A DNA stretch of 61,965 bases, counting the filler. It is 16 parts of 16 records of this genome, joined end to end, with 100 filler letters (N's around TTAATTAATTAA, not from the genome) between each part and the next. Parts side by side here need not be neighbours in the genome. Positions count along the whole stretch, not along the records: positions 46,105 to 52,112 come from SRR15195285_18536; positions 52,213 to 55,612 come from SRR15195285_18629; positions 55,713 to 58,793 come from SRR15195285_18688; positions 58,894 to 61,965 come from SRR15195285_18697; 12 more parts are not named here. One strand, 5' to 3'. This document shows positions 47,964 through 59,594 of this stretch, piece by piece. The position numbers and the translations under genes were made by a program. The notes below the pieces were generated by a model. It searched no databases and was not told where the DNA came from. It worked only from the letters and a program-made list of their open reading frames with translations. Every line of letters begins with the position of its first letter. The stretch's first letter is position 1.

Positions 47964-50736
47964 ATGCGCTCGCGCCTGTACGCTCCCAGCTGCCGCAGCA
48001 TACAGACACTGCTCCAGAGACATCGCGACAGGGGCATTAGGCCGCAGCAGGCGGCGAGGAGGGGCTCGAGCACTACTGAGAGCCTGGCGTGTGACAAGTT
48101 TGTACACGGCTCGTCGGAATACCACGGGAATGGCGACTCAGAACTCAATACAGCTGCACGTGCAAGAGATTCGTGGTTTAACGGGATGCATGCGCCGACT
48201 CCTGGGACGCACAGTCTGCGAGACGCCGACCTCTACGGCACGCTGCACGAGAAACACGTGCGACTGTCACCAGAAACACTGGCCGCCATGTATGACGATG
48301 TCCGAGACCGGACGCTGCGCTCGTTAGGAGACCTGGAAGACATGCAGCTAGTGGGAGAGATGGAATCATCGCTCAATCCGATGATCTGGGCTGTGGGTCA
48401 CAACGCTCACTTCTACGAAACGATGGTGGTGCGGCTCCTCTGGCCGAACATGCAGGTAAGATCCCGCTGGTCACAGCTGCTTCCTCCATATAGGCCTACG
48501 TGCTGTTTGACTGCGTGTTTTCCCGCCGACAGATTCACACGCCAGGGTCTTTGCTTGATGGGTGGGACGTGGATGCTGCGTTTGACTCGTTTCGTGTCGA
48601 CCATCCGGATCGCTGGGACGGCGAAGGGCTCTCGGAAGTGTCGGGTAGAGAGGACGGAAGCTACCCACCTTTCGAGGAGATCCTCCACGGCTATCGGGAC
48701 CGAATGACAGACATGTTGCGCTCTCGGCTGGTGGATAAGCAGGCAGAGATTGGCCCAGACGGTCTTGTTGAGCCGGTGGAGACTTACCTTCACACCTATG
48801 GGAGTGCGATGATGCGTTTCTTTTCGCCTGGTGTTGACACTAACAGCAACTATCTATATGGCATTCAGCCGTTTGTTGTATTTTTAAGGCAAACTAACGC
48901 ATATCCGTTCGCGTGTGGCGACCTTCTGCACCAGTCTTGCACGAACACTGGCACATTGAAGACTGGATCCAGACCCGCCAGACGATGGGGTGGAAGGCAC
49001 CAAATCCTCTTCCTACCAACACCGAGCAACGCGCGGTGGCTAACGCCTGGGGAGGGACCTTCGAACTCGATCGTACAGCTCTTGAGGCGGACCTCGTCGA
49101 GTAAGGAACACACTCACACTCTTTGCTTCCTGTAAATCGAACCGCTGTGAGATGTCTGTTCCTTAGCTTCTAGCCACCCGTTCTGCCATTCTGAGCATCA
49201 CTGTCGTCAACCCAGGAACGGCAGGACAGAGTATCTTGGCGAACATATCGTCCGTAATCACATCACGGCCGTGGGCACCGACAACAGCTGTAGTAAAGCT
49301 ACAAGAGCTGTTCGGGAACGCGGAGGGCTGGCTGGGGATGTATTCGTCCCCGGAGGGCAGCATTTGCTAGGTGGTGTACCGAGCCAGCCTTGGGTGTTTG
49401 ATGCAGAGCGATATGCACATCCTGTAACGGTGGAACCGTTTGAGATATCAAAGGCACCTGTCACAAATGCCGAGTGAGTACCTCACATCCGCTGACAGCC
49501 AACCGACGGGCCCGATCAGCGCGCGTGGTTCGACCATCTCTCGGCCATTCAACTTTAGTAGCGGACCCTGCTTTCAGGTTTGTTCGTCTTGTGGAAGTTT
49601 ACCACGATAATTGTGTTGATCATAGGTACCAACTTTTTGTCGAAGCTGGAGGCTACCAGACGAGGGAGTGGTGGACGCATGAGGGGTGGCGGTGGCTTAC
49701 ACGCGGAACGGTGGCAATGAACGTTGGCCACCATGAAACGACAGACGTCGGTGAGAAAAACACCCGGATTGCTCCGCGATACTGGCGGCACGGGAGTCCC
49801 GGAGAGGCTGGTAGTGAATGGAGGCAGAGAATCTTCGATTACGAGGTGAACCTGGCGCCACATGAACCTGTTGTGCATGTATCATGGTACGAAGCTATGG
49901 CATACTGCAGGTGGGCAGGTCGTCGGTGCGTTGATGGCATCATGCAAGTGTTGACAGACGTCTGCTTCATTGGAGCCAGTAGTGCCCCTTTTCCTCTCTG
50001 ATTTTTGCAACCGGACTACGATGCCTGTGCAGATTGCCAACCGAAGCAGAGTGGGAAATGGCAGCTCTTTGCGTTCCATCCGCAGACGGTAACGGGCTCG
50101 AGCAGAATGACGACGGCACCGGTCCGCACAAACGAACGTGGGTAGTTGGCCTGCTCTAGCATGAATAGGCACCAGATGATGATTGATTCTGCGGATGTTG
50201 CAGGTATCCATGGGGTGAGGCGTTGCCTACGTCAGACTTGTGCAACCTCGATGGATACCGTGGAGGGTTGTTAGATGTCGCGGACTTAAGCTCGGGTGCG
50301 AAACATGCTTCACCTTGGACAGTACGAGTGGACGGCTACCTGACTAGTCCGTTCGTTTCTGTACGAACTATGTGGACAGGTGATTCCGCATTTGGCTGTC
50401 GACAAATGATGGGCCAAGTGTGGGAGTGGACAGCGACGGCGTTCTACCCGTTCCCTGGCTTTCTACCAGATTTCCCATATCGGGAAAACAGCTGCCCTTG
50501 GTTTGGCTATCGAAAGGTAGGTGCTCAGATGTATCATCTGTCATTACACTGGCTGTCGGTGCAACTCCAAATTTGTCGGCTTGGTTGCGACATACTGCTT
50601 GCTGCAGGTAGTGAAAGGGGGGTGCTGGGCTACGTCAGCGCCAATTGCGCGTGGAGGCTACCGGCATTCATTTTGGCCAAATATGGACGCCGTCTTCACT
50701 GGATTTCGAACGGTGAAGGAGCCCGTTGCAGCTTGA
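47964..50736 (+). CDS. DinB_2 + FGE-sulfatase sulfoxide synthase, SenA (selenoneine synthase)/EgtB-like, multi-exon
   Basis: 'LNPMIWAVGHNAHFYE', 'FDSFRVDHPDRW', iron motif 'HEHWHIE..TRQT', 'VPGG..LG..FDAERYAHPV', 'PVTNAE', 'PVVHVSWYEAMAYCRWAGRR|LPTEAEWE', 'YPWG', 'GDSAFGCRQMMGQVWEWT', 'PWFG..KGGCWAT..GFRT'. Exons join through GT-AG introns. Confidence 0.9.
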
Positions 50737-50887
50737 TCGGATTTGTCGAGCAGCGATCAGTGACTTCGGTATGTGTAGTATTTTGCTGCGTATATAGCGT
50801 ATATAGCTGTTCAACGTCAATGAACTTGGTCTTCTTGCAAGCGAACGGTGAAACCACTCAGTGTGTAGACGAATGCATTGGTTCAAA

Positions 50888-52080
50888 TCACCACTTAGCC
50901 GCCGAGAACAGCATCCAAACATTCTTCGTTGTGGAAAGAACAGCAAAAACCTTGAGCACTGGGAGCCACTGGGCAAGCAAATGCACGGAGCCTTGGGTCA
51001 ACGGCACTCCACGCCGATGAATGAAGCACACCTGTTATCGTGATGCAACAAGCCGTTTGCACAACACCGTCCTGGCCTTAGTGGAAGCAGTGTAATCAAC
51101 ATACCGAAACTATCACTTCATAGAAGAACTAGTCTGCCAAATTGACGGTGATGCTATGTTGTCGGCAGAACGCAATCGAACGGCAGCATAAAGTTGGATG
51201 GTTGTCTGACCTTAAATGCGTCAGACCGGACTTCAATCAGATTGTGAACAATGGAAAAGAGTGGTGCCAGCGGGAAGTGATCACTCCACAGCGCCACGTA
51301 GCCGAACTGCAACACTTTGCAACGCACAGACCAGCGCGATTCAAAGCGTACATTTTGTCACGCTTTTGATGCTGATGAAAGCTGTGCGCACCCATCTCGA
51401 GGTAGTCGCTGAAGATCTCATGTGAACTGTACGGAGGCTTGGAACGTTCTGAACTAGCTATGATCCGTCGCCGCGCATGCTCGTACTCGTCAGTGGGAGT
51501 ACCGTCACTAGAAATGCCATGCTGTGTACCAGTAGGGTGAACGCCACTACTTTGCGTTGGAGCGGTACTACCAGCCCTGGCAGCGTTAGCTTCAGGCGAT
51601 TGCGCAAAGACCCGCTCAACCTCTGCAGATGCTTCTCTGTTGGCATCCAATCGGCGTTGACCTGCTTCCCGGCGGCGTTTGAACAACAACGGAACAAATG
51701 ACTCTGTTGTGATGCGTCTACCGGTCCGGATCAATCGTCGCGTAAAGTCAACGAGTGCAGCCGTGCAGCACAGCCGTGATCAACATCACGGCGAAAAGCA
51801 GCAAAACATTTCGAAAAAATACCGGGTAAGAGAGAACACCGTACACATCTAATGGAATACGACTCTGACATCTACATCATCTAACACCAACGACTGTTTG
51901 GAGATGCTTGAAACAATTTTGTCAAGTCCAGTTGGCTGATGGGTGATCTAACCGCAGTTCGTCGCTAAGGTACATGCTCAGCATGTACGATTTGATCATT
52001 TGATCGCGCTGTCCTCCACCAAGAGATGCGGTAACGTAGATCAACGGCAAGTACATATCCATTGCCTCGAACAGCACCCG
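50888..52080 (-). CDS. Anoctamin/TMEM16 family protein, 3' exons (partial)
   Basis: Spliced translation: 'RVLFEAMDMYLPLIYV..DELR|RITTESFVP', 'EIFSDYLEM|VLQFGYVALWSDHFPLAPLFSIVHNLIEVRSDAFK|VCFIHRRG..QWLPVLKVFAVLS'. Confidence 0.85.
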
Positions 52081-52329
52081 CTGAGCAGGAGCAGGGCACA
52101 CGCCGGCATGCTNNNNNNNNNNNNNNNNNNNNNNNNNNNNNNNNNNNNNNNNNNNNTTAATTAATTAANNNNNNNNNNNNNNNNNNNNNNNNNNNNNNNN
52201 NNNNNNNNNNNNCTATATCACGTTGTACTTAAACGCTGTGGGCGCCCGCGCGGGCATACGTTATGCATACGTTACAATTCCATACGGGCATCATACGTAC
52301 CGCGCGTAGTGCATTTGCACAGCAAGATC

Positions 52330-53524
52330 ATGCGGCGGCTCCTCTTTCGTGCCGTTCAGCGCCACGAAGGTCTGGAGTCTTTGCAGGTCTTCGGGTTGCT
52401 GCGGCTGAGCTACGCTGTCGTGTGGCTATGGTACCGCCACACCGAGGAACTTGCACACCCGGGCGCAGTGCCGCACTTGATGGGGCACCCAGAGTTCCTG
52501 TTCAGCCACAATCGGCTATTGATGCACGTGCATGCAGTTTCATCGGCAGTGTTGATGCCGTTCGTGGCTGCGCAGGTCTTCGGGCGAAAGGGTAGCTCTG
52601 CCCACAAAGGCTCTGGCCGGCTGGTCGCTGCGCTGGTCATAGTTGCGTGTCCGTTCAACGTGGCGCTGCTCTGTCAGAACCGCTACGCGTGGTGGCTTAC
52701 TACGCTGGTAGAGACCCTCGTGCTAACGCAGTGGCTGTATCATCTCGCAAAGCTCTGTGCCACCACTGGCGCAAGCCATCGTTGGCATGGCCTCCAGTTT
52801 GTTCGGATGTGGCTTACACCGGTAGACGTTCGAGTCGCCACCTCTCTCGCACTCTACATCAGGGCAGACGACCCTGTCGTGGCTACTGTCGTCGGTCACG
52901 TTGGTGCATTGGTCATCTGGATCGTGCGCCTGTCTCCCCGCCCAGTCGAAGCGGCACAGCCTAGAATGCCGCGCGTAGAGGTGCCTCGGATTGGTGGGTT
53001 CGACTTGGAGAACCTACCTGCGTTCCAAGTCTTTGCGCTCACAGTTGCTCACATCCTAGTGGGCTCAGAAGCACCAGTAGACGAGGTACGCCAAGAAGTT
53101 GTTTGACAGTCTCACTCACTGAAGTCAGATCGGAGACGAATTCACAATTGTATTCAACACGACAAGGTTCTGAGGTACTGACTACTGACTACTGCCAACG
53201 CTGGATGAGCAGGTGCGGACGCTTGCGCATGGACGACCGAAGACATTGCTGGTGATCATCGTCGCAGCAGTGTTCGCGTTCTTAGGCGGGTTGCAGCTGC
53301 TCGGCCTGTGGGCGGAGGGTGATCTGGGTGACTGGGATTGGAAAGGTCTAGCATACGTACTGCCGCTGGTCTTGGTGACCCTGCAGTTTTCAGATCGGTT
53401 TTACGATGGAGACCCGGTTGTCAGGTCGGCGCTGCCAATTGTTGTGCTGCTATCGATTTCACCTCCGTATGCGGTAGAAGGACTCATTGAGCTGGCGAGA
53501 GATTTGAAGCAAGCAGTCTCATGA
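52330..53524 (+). CDS. Multi-pass membrane protein, DUF2306-like
   Basis: 'MHVHAVSSAVLMPFVAAQVFGRKGSSAHKGSGRL', 'HRWHG..MW'; several TM helices; intron about 53086-53212; stop at 53524. Confidence 0.6.
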
Positions 53525-53644
53525 CAGCAGCTCTCGTCACAGGCTGCACAATGTTTGTATAACGATGGAATCGCGTTCTATTTCACGATGGCCATTCGCC
53601 AACAGCTCTGCGTTGCCAGCAGCTCCTACCTCCACTTATCCCAA

Positions 53645-55612
53645 TCACACCCTACAGTTATCTTGCGCTTCCTGGATTTCCGTGGGTCTACCAAAAACAA
53701 CCTTCTTCAGCTCGTCTGGCAGCTCCTGCCATTCCTTCGTCCGCTCGACAAGTTTGAAAGAGGTCTGAATGTGATGAACACACAGTGCGCGCAGCTGATG
53801 TGCGCTGCAGGCATCCGCGTGCACCAGCATCGTGCAAACGTTCCAAATGTCTAGAACTTCACTCGACGCCAACCACTCCTCTGCCCATTCTTTTGCGAAG
53901 ACCAATTCCATCATATCTGAAAGCTGAAGCAACCCAAGTACGACCTCAAATGATTCTGGATTAGTCTTCTCCAGCGGTATTGGGTCCAGCTCGTCACTGC
54001 CACTGTCGGTAGTGTCGAGGGTGCCCCCAATGTAAACGTGTGACAAGAGCATAATCAAGCTCTCTCGTGTGGCCCATTCCGGGAGCTCAATCCGCACTGG
54101 TAGCTCACCAGTACATTCTATTCCTTTGCTGACGGCCATTTCACCGAGAAACATTTGCTGAAAGTATGAAGAAGCGTTAGCGAGGACGAGACGATGAGCA
54201 TAAACGATGCCCCCCGCAGCAAGAACGAACTGCACATCAGCGAGCGCTGGCTTATTGAACTGCGACCTCACCCACTGTTGCAGCCCTAGAGACGGCGGTG
54301 TTGTCCTTACAGCTACCTTGGGCGCGCCCTTTGGTTTGTCGAACGCAGATGGCGTGCCAAGTAGCTCCAATAATAGCCGCGCCCCCTCGAGATAGCGAGG
54401 AACTGCGCGTGCTGTGGGACCTAGGTCACCACCATCCTCAAGATCGAGGCAGAGATGGCGCGCCTTCACGAAAGTTGGTAGTGCCCCTGTGCCAGTCTCC
54501 GAACCATGAAATTCGTTGGCATCATTTGCATTGTCATTCCAATTCCCAGATTCCACGAGTATAAAGGGCGCCTCCCCAAGAATTGAGGTGAGAGTAGCTC
54601 TGGTGATGCGGGACCCTTTCTTGCACGCCTTCGCCAGTGCAAGAGAGCACTGCTGGATTACAGCTTGGCATCGCCAGGCATTCTGCGGTTTGTTGATGTC
54701 GATCGTCGGTGCCGAGCCCGTACCTCCTGCCATCGCAGCCGTTACTCGGCTCAAGTGTGTTGCAATGACTTCTGGGTCTGGGTGCGCTCTGCAAAATCGT
54801 AATCTCGAGGCCAAGATTGAGCCAAACCCGTCCGCACTACCATCCAGTACCACCAATTCGGTCCACGCCAGTGGCGCCGCCGAGCGCATGATGCAGCTTG
54901 CCAAGGTCACAAATTCCCATGGCTCATCATGATGGGATTCATTACCACCTAGACTATCCGTAGACTGCAGCGTTGGTGGTCGTTGCTGACCCGAAAGGAT
55001 TAGACAAGAGTCTGGTGGCAGTGAGCGCCGGCTCCAGTCCTGCGCGGGCACCCACTCCTCACTCGCTACACGTGCAAAATGATCGTTCGACCAGTTCAGC
55101 TTGGGCTTCGAGTCGCTCGAGCGGCCGACAATGTACAGCAGCAGATGGCGCGCCGCTGCAATTGCAGTCGCTGTCGGGCTGCCGTTTGGGCCACGTGGTT
55201 GCCGAGCGATGTACTCTACAGCCTTACAGAATGATTCACCATCCCCTAGTGAGCTCATCCCAGCTTTGCGGAGCACCTTTATGGCCTCAGGTTTGCGGTA
55301 GATTTCAATTGGGTACAGGTCGGCAGAGTTGCTGCTGCCGTAAATTACATGCAGATCAGGGTCATCCGGGTCCATGCATTCGTTCACCAGACGACGAACC
55401 CCGTCGACACATTCAACTAGTGGAGCCTCATCCAGGGCCGTTAGCATTGCGCGAGGGTTGCGCTCTTGGCGGCGCTTCCATATAGAAGAGTTCCTGCTGC
55501 ATCTTTCAACGCCTTCAATGAATGCAACACAAATCTCTGATGCTGCCGATGCTCCCTCATGGAGTACCCAAGGTGCAATGCACCTGCCGAGGAATTCTTC
55601 TTCATTCTTATC
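53645..55612 (-). CDS. Sacsin-like region + C-terminal BTB/POZ (+BACK-like) protein (5' partial)
   Basis: BTB 'FNKPALADVQFVL..VYAHRLVLANASSYFQQMF', 'NVCTMLVHADACSAHQLRALCVHHI..WQELP'. Upstream 'CMDPDDPDLHVIY..LYP..LRKAGM', 'WVPA', 'LAWT', 'LGPTARAVP' are sacsin-like. Frame is open to the contig end. Confidence 0.8.
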   Translation of the reverse strand, partial: DKNEEEFLGRCIAPWVLHEGASAASEICVAFIEGVERCSRNSSIWKRRQERNPRAMLTALDEAPLVECVDGVRRLVNECMDPDDPDLHVIYGSSNSADLYPIEIYRKPEAIKVLRKAGMSSLGDGESFCKAVEYIARQPRGPNGSPTATAIAAARHLLLYIVGRSSDSKPKLNWSNDHFARVASEEWVPAQDWSRRSLPPDSCLILSGQQRPPTLQSTDSLGGNESHHDEPWEFVTLASCIMRSAAPLAWTELVVLDGSADGFGSILASRLRFCRAHPDPEVIATHLSRVTAAMAGGTGSAPTIDINKPQNAWRCQAVIQQCSLALAKACKKGSRITRATLTSILGEAPFILVESGNWNDNANDANEFHGSETGTGALPTFVKARHLCLDLEDGGDLGPTARAVPRYLEGARLLLELLGTPSAFDKPKGAPKVAVRTTPPSLGLQQWVRSQFNKPALADVQFVLAAGGIVYAHRLVLANASSYFQQMFLGEMAVSKGIECTGELPVRIELPEWATRESLIMLLSHVYIGGTLDTTDSGSDELDPIPLEKTNPESFEVVLGLLQLSDMMELVFAKEWAEEWLASSEVLDIWNVCTMLVHADACSAHQLRALCVHHIQTSFKLVERTKEWQELPDELKKVVFGRPTEIQEAQDNCRV

Positions 55613-55713
55613 NNNNNNNNNNNNNNNNNNNNNNNNNNNNNNNNNNNNNNNNNNNNTTAATTAATTAANNNNNNNNNNNNNNNNNNNNNNNNNNNNNNNN
55701 NNNNNNNNNNNNC

Positions 55714-58169
55714 AAGCAGGCAGAGTACATGGCTGATGTGTTTGATGCAGCACGCACCTCAGGAGTGATGGACAGAGTGTTTTGGTACACCATCAATCCA
55801 CCGTGGGGCAACGATGGCATGAGCTTGACGAAATATGAGGTTCCAACCTCTGGTTACCATGCATATCAGACGTATACTTCGCAATATCCAACTTGGAAGA
55901 CTGACGATGACGACACAGGCGCATGTACTCTCAGGCTGGCGGAGTTGTGCCCACAGCACTTTCCCACATCTGCCTGCGAACTGTGCGCAGGAACTCGCCA
56001 ACATCCTCTTCGCATCGCTGGATGTAGCCATGCTGATATAGTCAAGTGGTGCTCAGTCGCAAGCAGCGTTCGGCTCGACCACCCACGTATTTTCTTCACT
56101 GCAGAGATCATTGCTGCGACCCGAGCGAATATTGCTGCCCATGCCGATTTGGCCGCTGTGTATCAGACGCTCAAATCACGCGCGATGTGGGACAGCGTTG
56201 GTGGAGTTTCGTGGAATGTGCAAGACCATGCATCAATGATCGCCTTGACATATTTGATCGAGACCGACGCATCCACAAAGGCAACGATGTTCACCAAGCT
56301 GCTGGCTGGCATGGATTCGCTCCCAGCCGACACGACCGACGAGTGGACAACCGGTCTGACTGCTTGGGCGATGGCAGTGATGTACGATGTCACCTACAAC
56401 GAGTTGACTGCTGCTCAGCGAACCAAATATGCAGCAGATATTGTTGGCATCGCTGATCGGGTGTATTCGTATTATCGTCACGGCGACTACAACAACCATG
56501 TTTATTGTGAATATGGTCCGTTGATCTATCCAGGGTTGGCTCTCGCTGGCGACGGATTGCAAGACGAAAAGGCCGAAAAATACCTGAATTTTACGTCGGA
56601 CTTTTTGACGAACCATGCAGCTAAGACGTTTGCACAAGTCGGTGAGACAGACGGTGGATGGCCGGAGGGGCGAAGTTATCATGCGCTGTTTATTCACTGG
56701 GCTACTCAGCAGCTGTGGGCTTGGAAGATTGCAACCAATATCGACCTTTTTCCAAATGCAACAGGCCTTCGGGGGGATGCCACCTGGATGACACACACGA
56801 GTTTGCCACATGACAACCAGCCTGTGGCTGTTGCAGACATCAACACAAGTCCAGACACGCCTAAGATTAATGGCTGGGACGAAACTTTCTATTATCTTGG
56901 GATCTTGGCTAGGGAGTACCAAGATGGTATTTCGCAGTACGCATCCAACGCGTCTGGCTTTGGACAGTACGAGTTCAGGCTCTGGCCATACATTATCTCA
57001 CACGATCCCACCTTACCACCACAACTGCCGTCCACCCTACCCACTGCAGCACTTTTTGAAGGCATCGGCTGGGCACCAATGCGAAGCGATTGGAGCAGTG
57101 ATGCAACTTTTGGTATGTTCGTTTGTGGCCGGTACTTCGCGGGTCATCAGCACCATGATCAAAACCAGTTCATCATACATAAGAAAGGCACCCTTGCGAT
57201 CGACGCGGGTGAGTACGGGGCACGGGCGACAGAATGCCACAACACCATTCGAATCGGTGGCAACCAACGGATGGACGGGATGCCAAATGGAAACGACCCG
57301 ATGCGATTTGTTGGCGATCCAAAAATCGATCCTCCAGACGGTCAGTGCTACACAGGATCAATTCTGGCATATCAGCATGCTCCAGAACAGGGGTGGACAT
57401 ATGTGGCAGGAAACGCGACGACTGCATACGACGCATCAAAGGTGTCCGAGTTCACTCGTCAGTTTGTGTATTTACGACCGGACCTTTTTATCATCTACGA
57501 CCGAACGGCAACTCTCAGTCCTCAACAGCGAGAATGGATGCTTCATTCACTTGAGCCAGCTTCGCTCAATGCGTTCCAGCAAGAAGTGACAATAACGAAT
57601 GGCAACGGTACTCTGTGGGCAAAAATGCTGCATCCAACTGGTGAGTTGCTGCTGACGCTTTTAGCTATTCGAAAGGTGTTCCTACGATATTGACATTGGT
57701 TTGCCAAGTGTGCACCGCCCCATTTCGACTAAGCAGCCGACGTGTGTAAGTAGATGTGGAGTTGACCCAGTACCAAATGACTGCGGACCACGATCCTCCG
57801 CACGGTTACGACCAGCAGCACCCAAGAAATGACAACTACATCAAATTTGCCCCTTCTTCGTCGCCGGCTGGACGACAAGACTTCGTATGTCACTGATAAT
57901 TTTACGTCTGCCTCGTCGTCATTGTTCTCCATCCCGACACTTGCGTGTTTGCGCAGGTCACTGTTCTGTACGCCGCCGATGCAAATTCTCCGCAAATCGC
58001 TTCGGCAACGTTGACATCAACGCCTGGTGCTGGAGGTAATTGGTATGGTGTCATGGTGTTGCTCAGTGGGAACACGTACGAAGTATCGTTTGCTCCGGCA
58101 GGCGATGTGCAAGGGACTGTGCGCATCAACGGGCGCGAGTCTACTCTACCGACTAGTATTGTCCGCTAA
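55714..58169 (+). CDS. Multidomain protein: end of GH-A-like barrel - KTDD linker - 6-Cys module - heparinase II/III-like polysaccharide lyase (5' partial, multi-exon)
   Basis: 'QAEYM..VFWY..GYHAY'; 'HPRIFFT', 'YNNH', 'GGWPEGRSYH', 'MRSDWSSDATF', 'GHQHHDQNQFII..LAIDAG', 'TECHNTI', 'FTRQFVYLRPDLFIIYDR'; final exon ends 'LPTSIVR*' at 58169. Confidence 0.85.
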
Positions 58170-59594
58170 AATCACAGTCCGGCTTGGGCTACTGTCCACC
58201 TCGTGGTCTGCGAAAAGCACATTCGGCTTTGGCGTGTGGGTTGGTGCCACTATACCAATAGAAGTGCAGTTTTTAGCGTTGCTTCACATGGTCGCGGCCC
58301 ACCCCCGCAAACCTCTCGTGATTCGTGTCACGCAGCTCCGCCACATAAGCCAGGTTTGCCATAAAATGGCTCGAGACTGTGGACTGGTGGCTCTCGCGGC
58401 CGCCTAGGTGCCCTCATACTTATCGCTGATGATCACTGCGTCGATACTGCGGGTGTGCGGCCAAGCTGCGTGGGCGTTCCTCTGTCAAGGCGGCGCGCCG
58501 CGGCCGGCACCATGCAGGGTTGCTTGGCCGGCGACATTTTTGTTGCATAATATTAAAAAAAGTCACGGTCCCACTGTGGCGTAAGAGTTGATGCAATGCA
58601 ATGCAATGCAATTTGAGGCTTCATTTCATGTTAAAGAAAACAATCAATACTTCCGCGCTAGCCCGCAAGCAAGCAGAAGGAATTTACCTGCTACAACGCA
58701 AAGAAACCATACACGCGATCGCATAAGATGCACAGAAGCTTGCGAAGAAAAGGCCGGCCAGCGCGCGACACGTGGCTCGTGAGCGCGAGGTGGNNNNNNN
58801 NNNNNNNNNNNNNNNNNNNNNNNNNNNNNNNNNNNNNTTAATTAATTAANNNNNNNNNNNNNNNNNNNNNNNNNNNNNNNNNNNNNNNNNNNNAGAGGGG
58901 CGCTAGCGCTAGGCCCCCTACCGGGCCCATATATATTATCCGGAGAAGGTACTATAGTTAGCGAATACGACGAAAAGCTACAAGTATGGTTGCACAATGT
59001 ACTACTATAGTATAAACTTCGAATTACTGTACGGCATGTATTGCACCAGTAGACTAGTGGAGCAGGTATCAATAGTTGTCACCAAATCGACCCACGCAAT
59101 CCACACTCCACAGTACCGTTCAAATGGTGACGGGTTGGCGTTTGCGCTATCACAGCTAGGGGATGGGGAGCGTGGGAACAGGAGCCTGCTAGCGCTAGGA
59201 AACTCCGCGAAATAGCCGCGTAGAGTTCGCGAGGCAAGATAGGAATAGTTTAGAGTCCGTAACCGAGGAGAGTTAGCTTGTGTGGTCGTGTGTATAGTTT
59301 CTTTTGCGTTTTAGCAGGTAAGCGCCTTCCTTCCACCTACAGCAAGGTGGTTGGACTCGCATGGCGTATTCTGTGCGGCTGCTTTTGTGCTCAGATAATA
59401 AAGCTTTATTTGCATTGCATTGCAGTATCGATAGTACTAGTATCTTATAAGACCCGCGGGCATCTGCACGGTACCAGGTCTAGATCTAGCAAAGACTAGA
59501 GCCGCATCTTGTAGATTTTTTAAAAGTCAACTTCAAGGTATCTAATCAGAGCAGCTCTTGTTTTGAAGTCCCCACAAAGCAGTTCCTTACTCCC

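Noticed and set aside
47964-50736. Selenocysteine (UGA) recoding in the SenA-like gene
   Set aside because: The in-frame stops I examined fall inside canonical GT-AG introns, so no recoding is needed.
50740-50900. Anoctamin seems to stop before its last TM helices (possible pseudogene)
   Set aside because: A GT overlaps the apparent stop, so a further exon cannot be excluded without transcripts.
58170-59594. Gene-free stretches checked for tRNA, rRNA or snRNA
   Set aside because: No cloverleaf or conserved RNA motif recognisable by eye; treated as UTR/intergenic sequence either side of a spacer.
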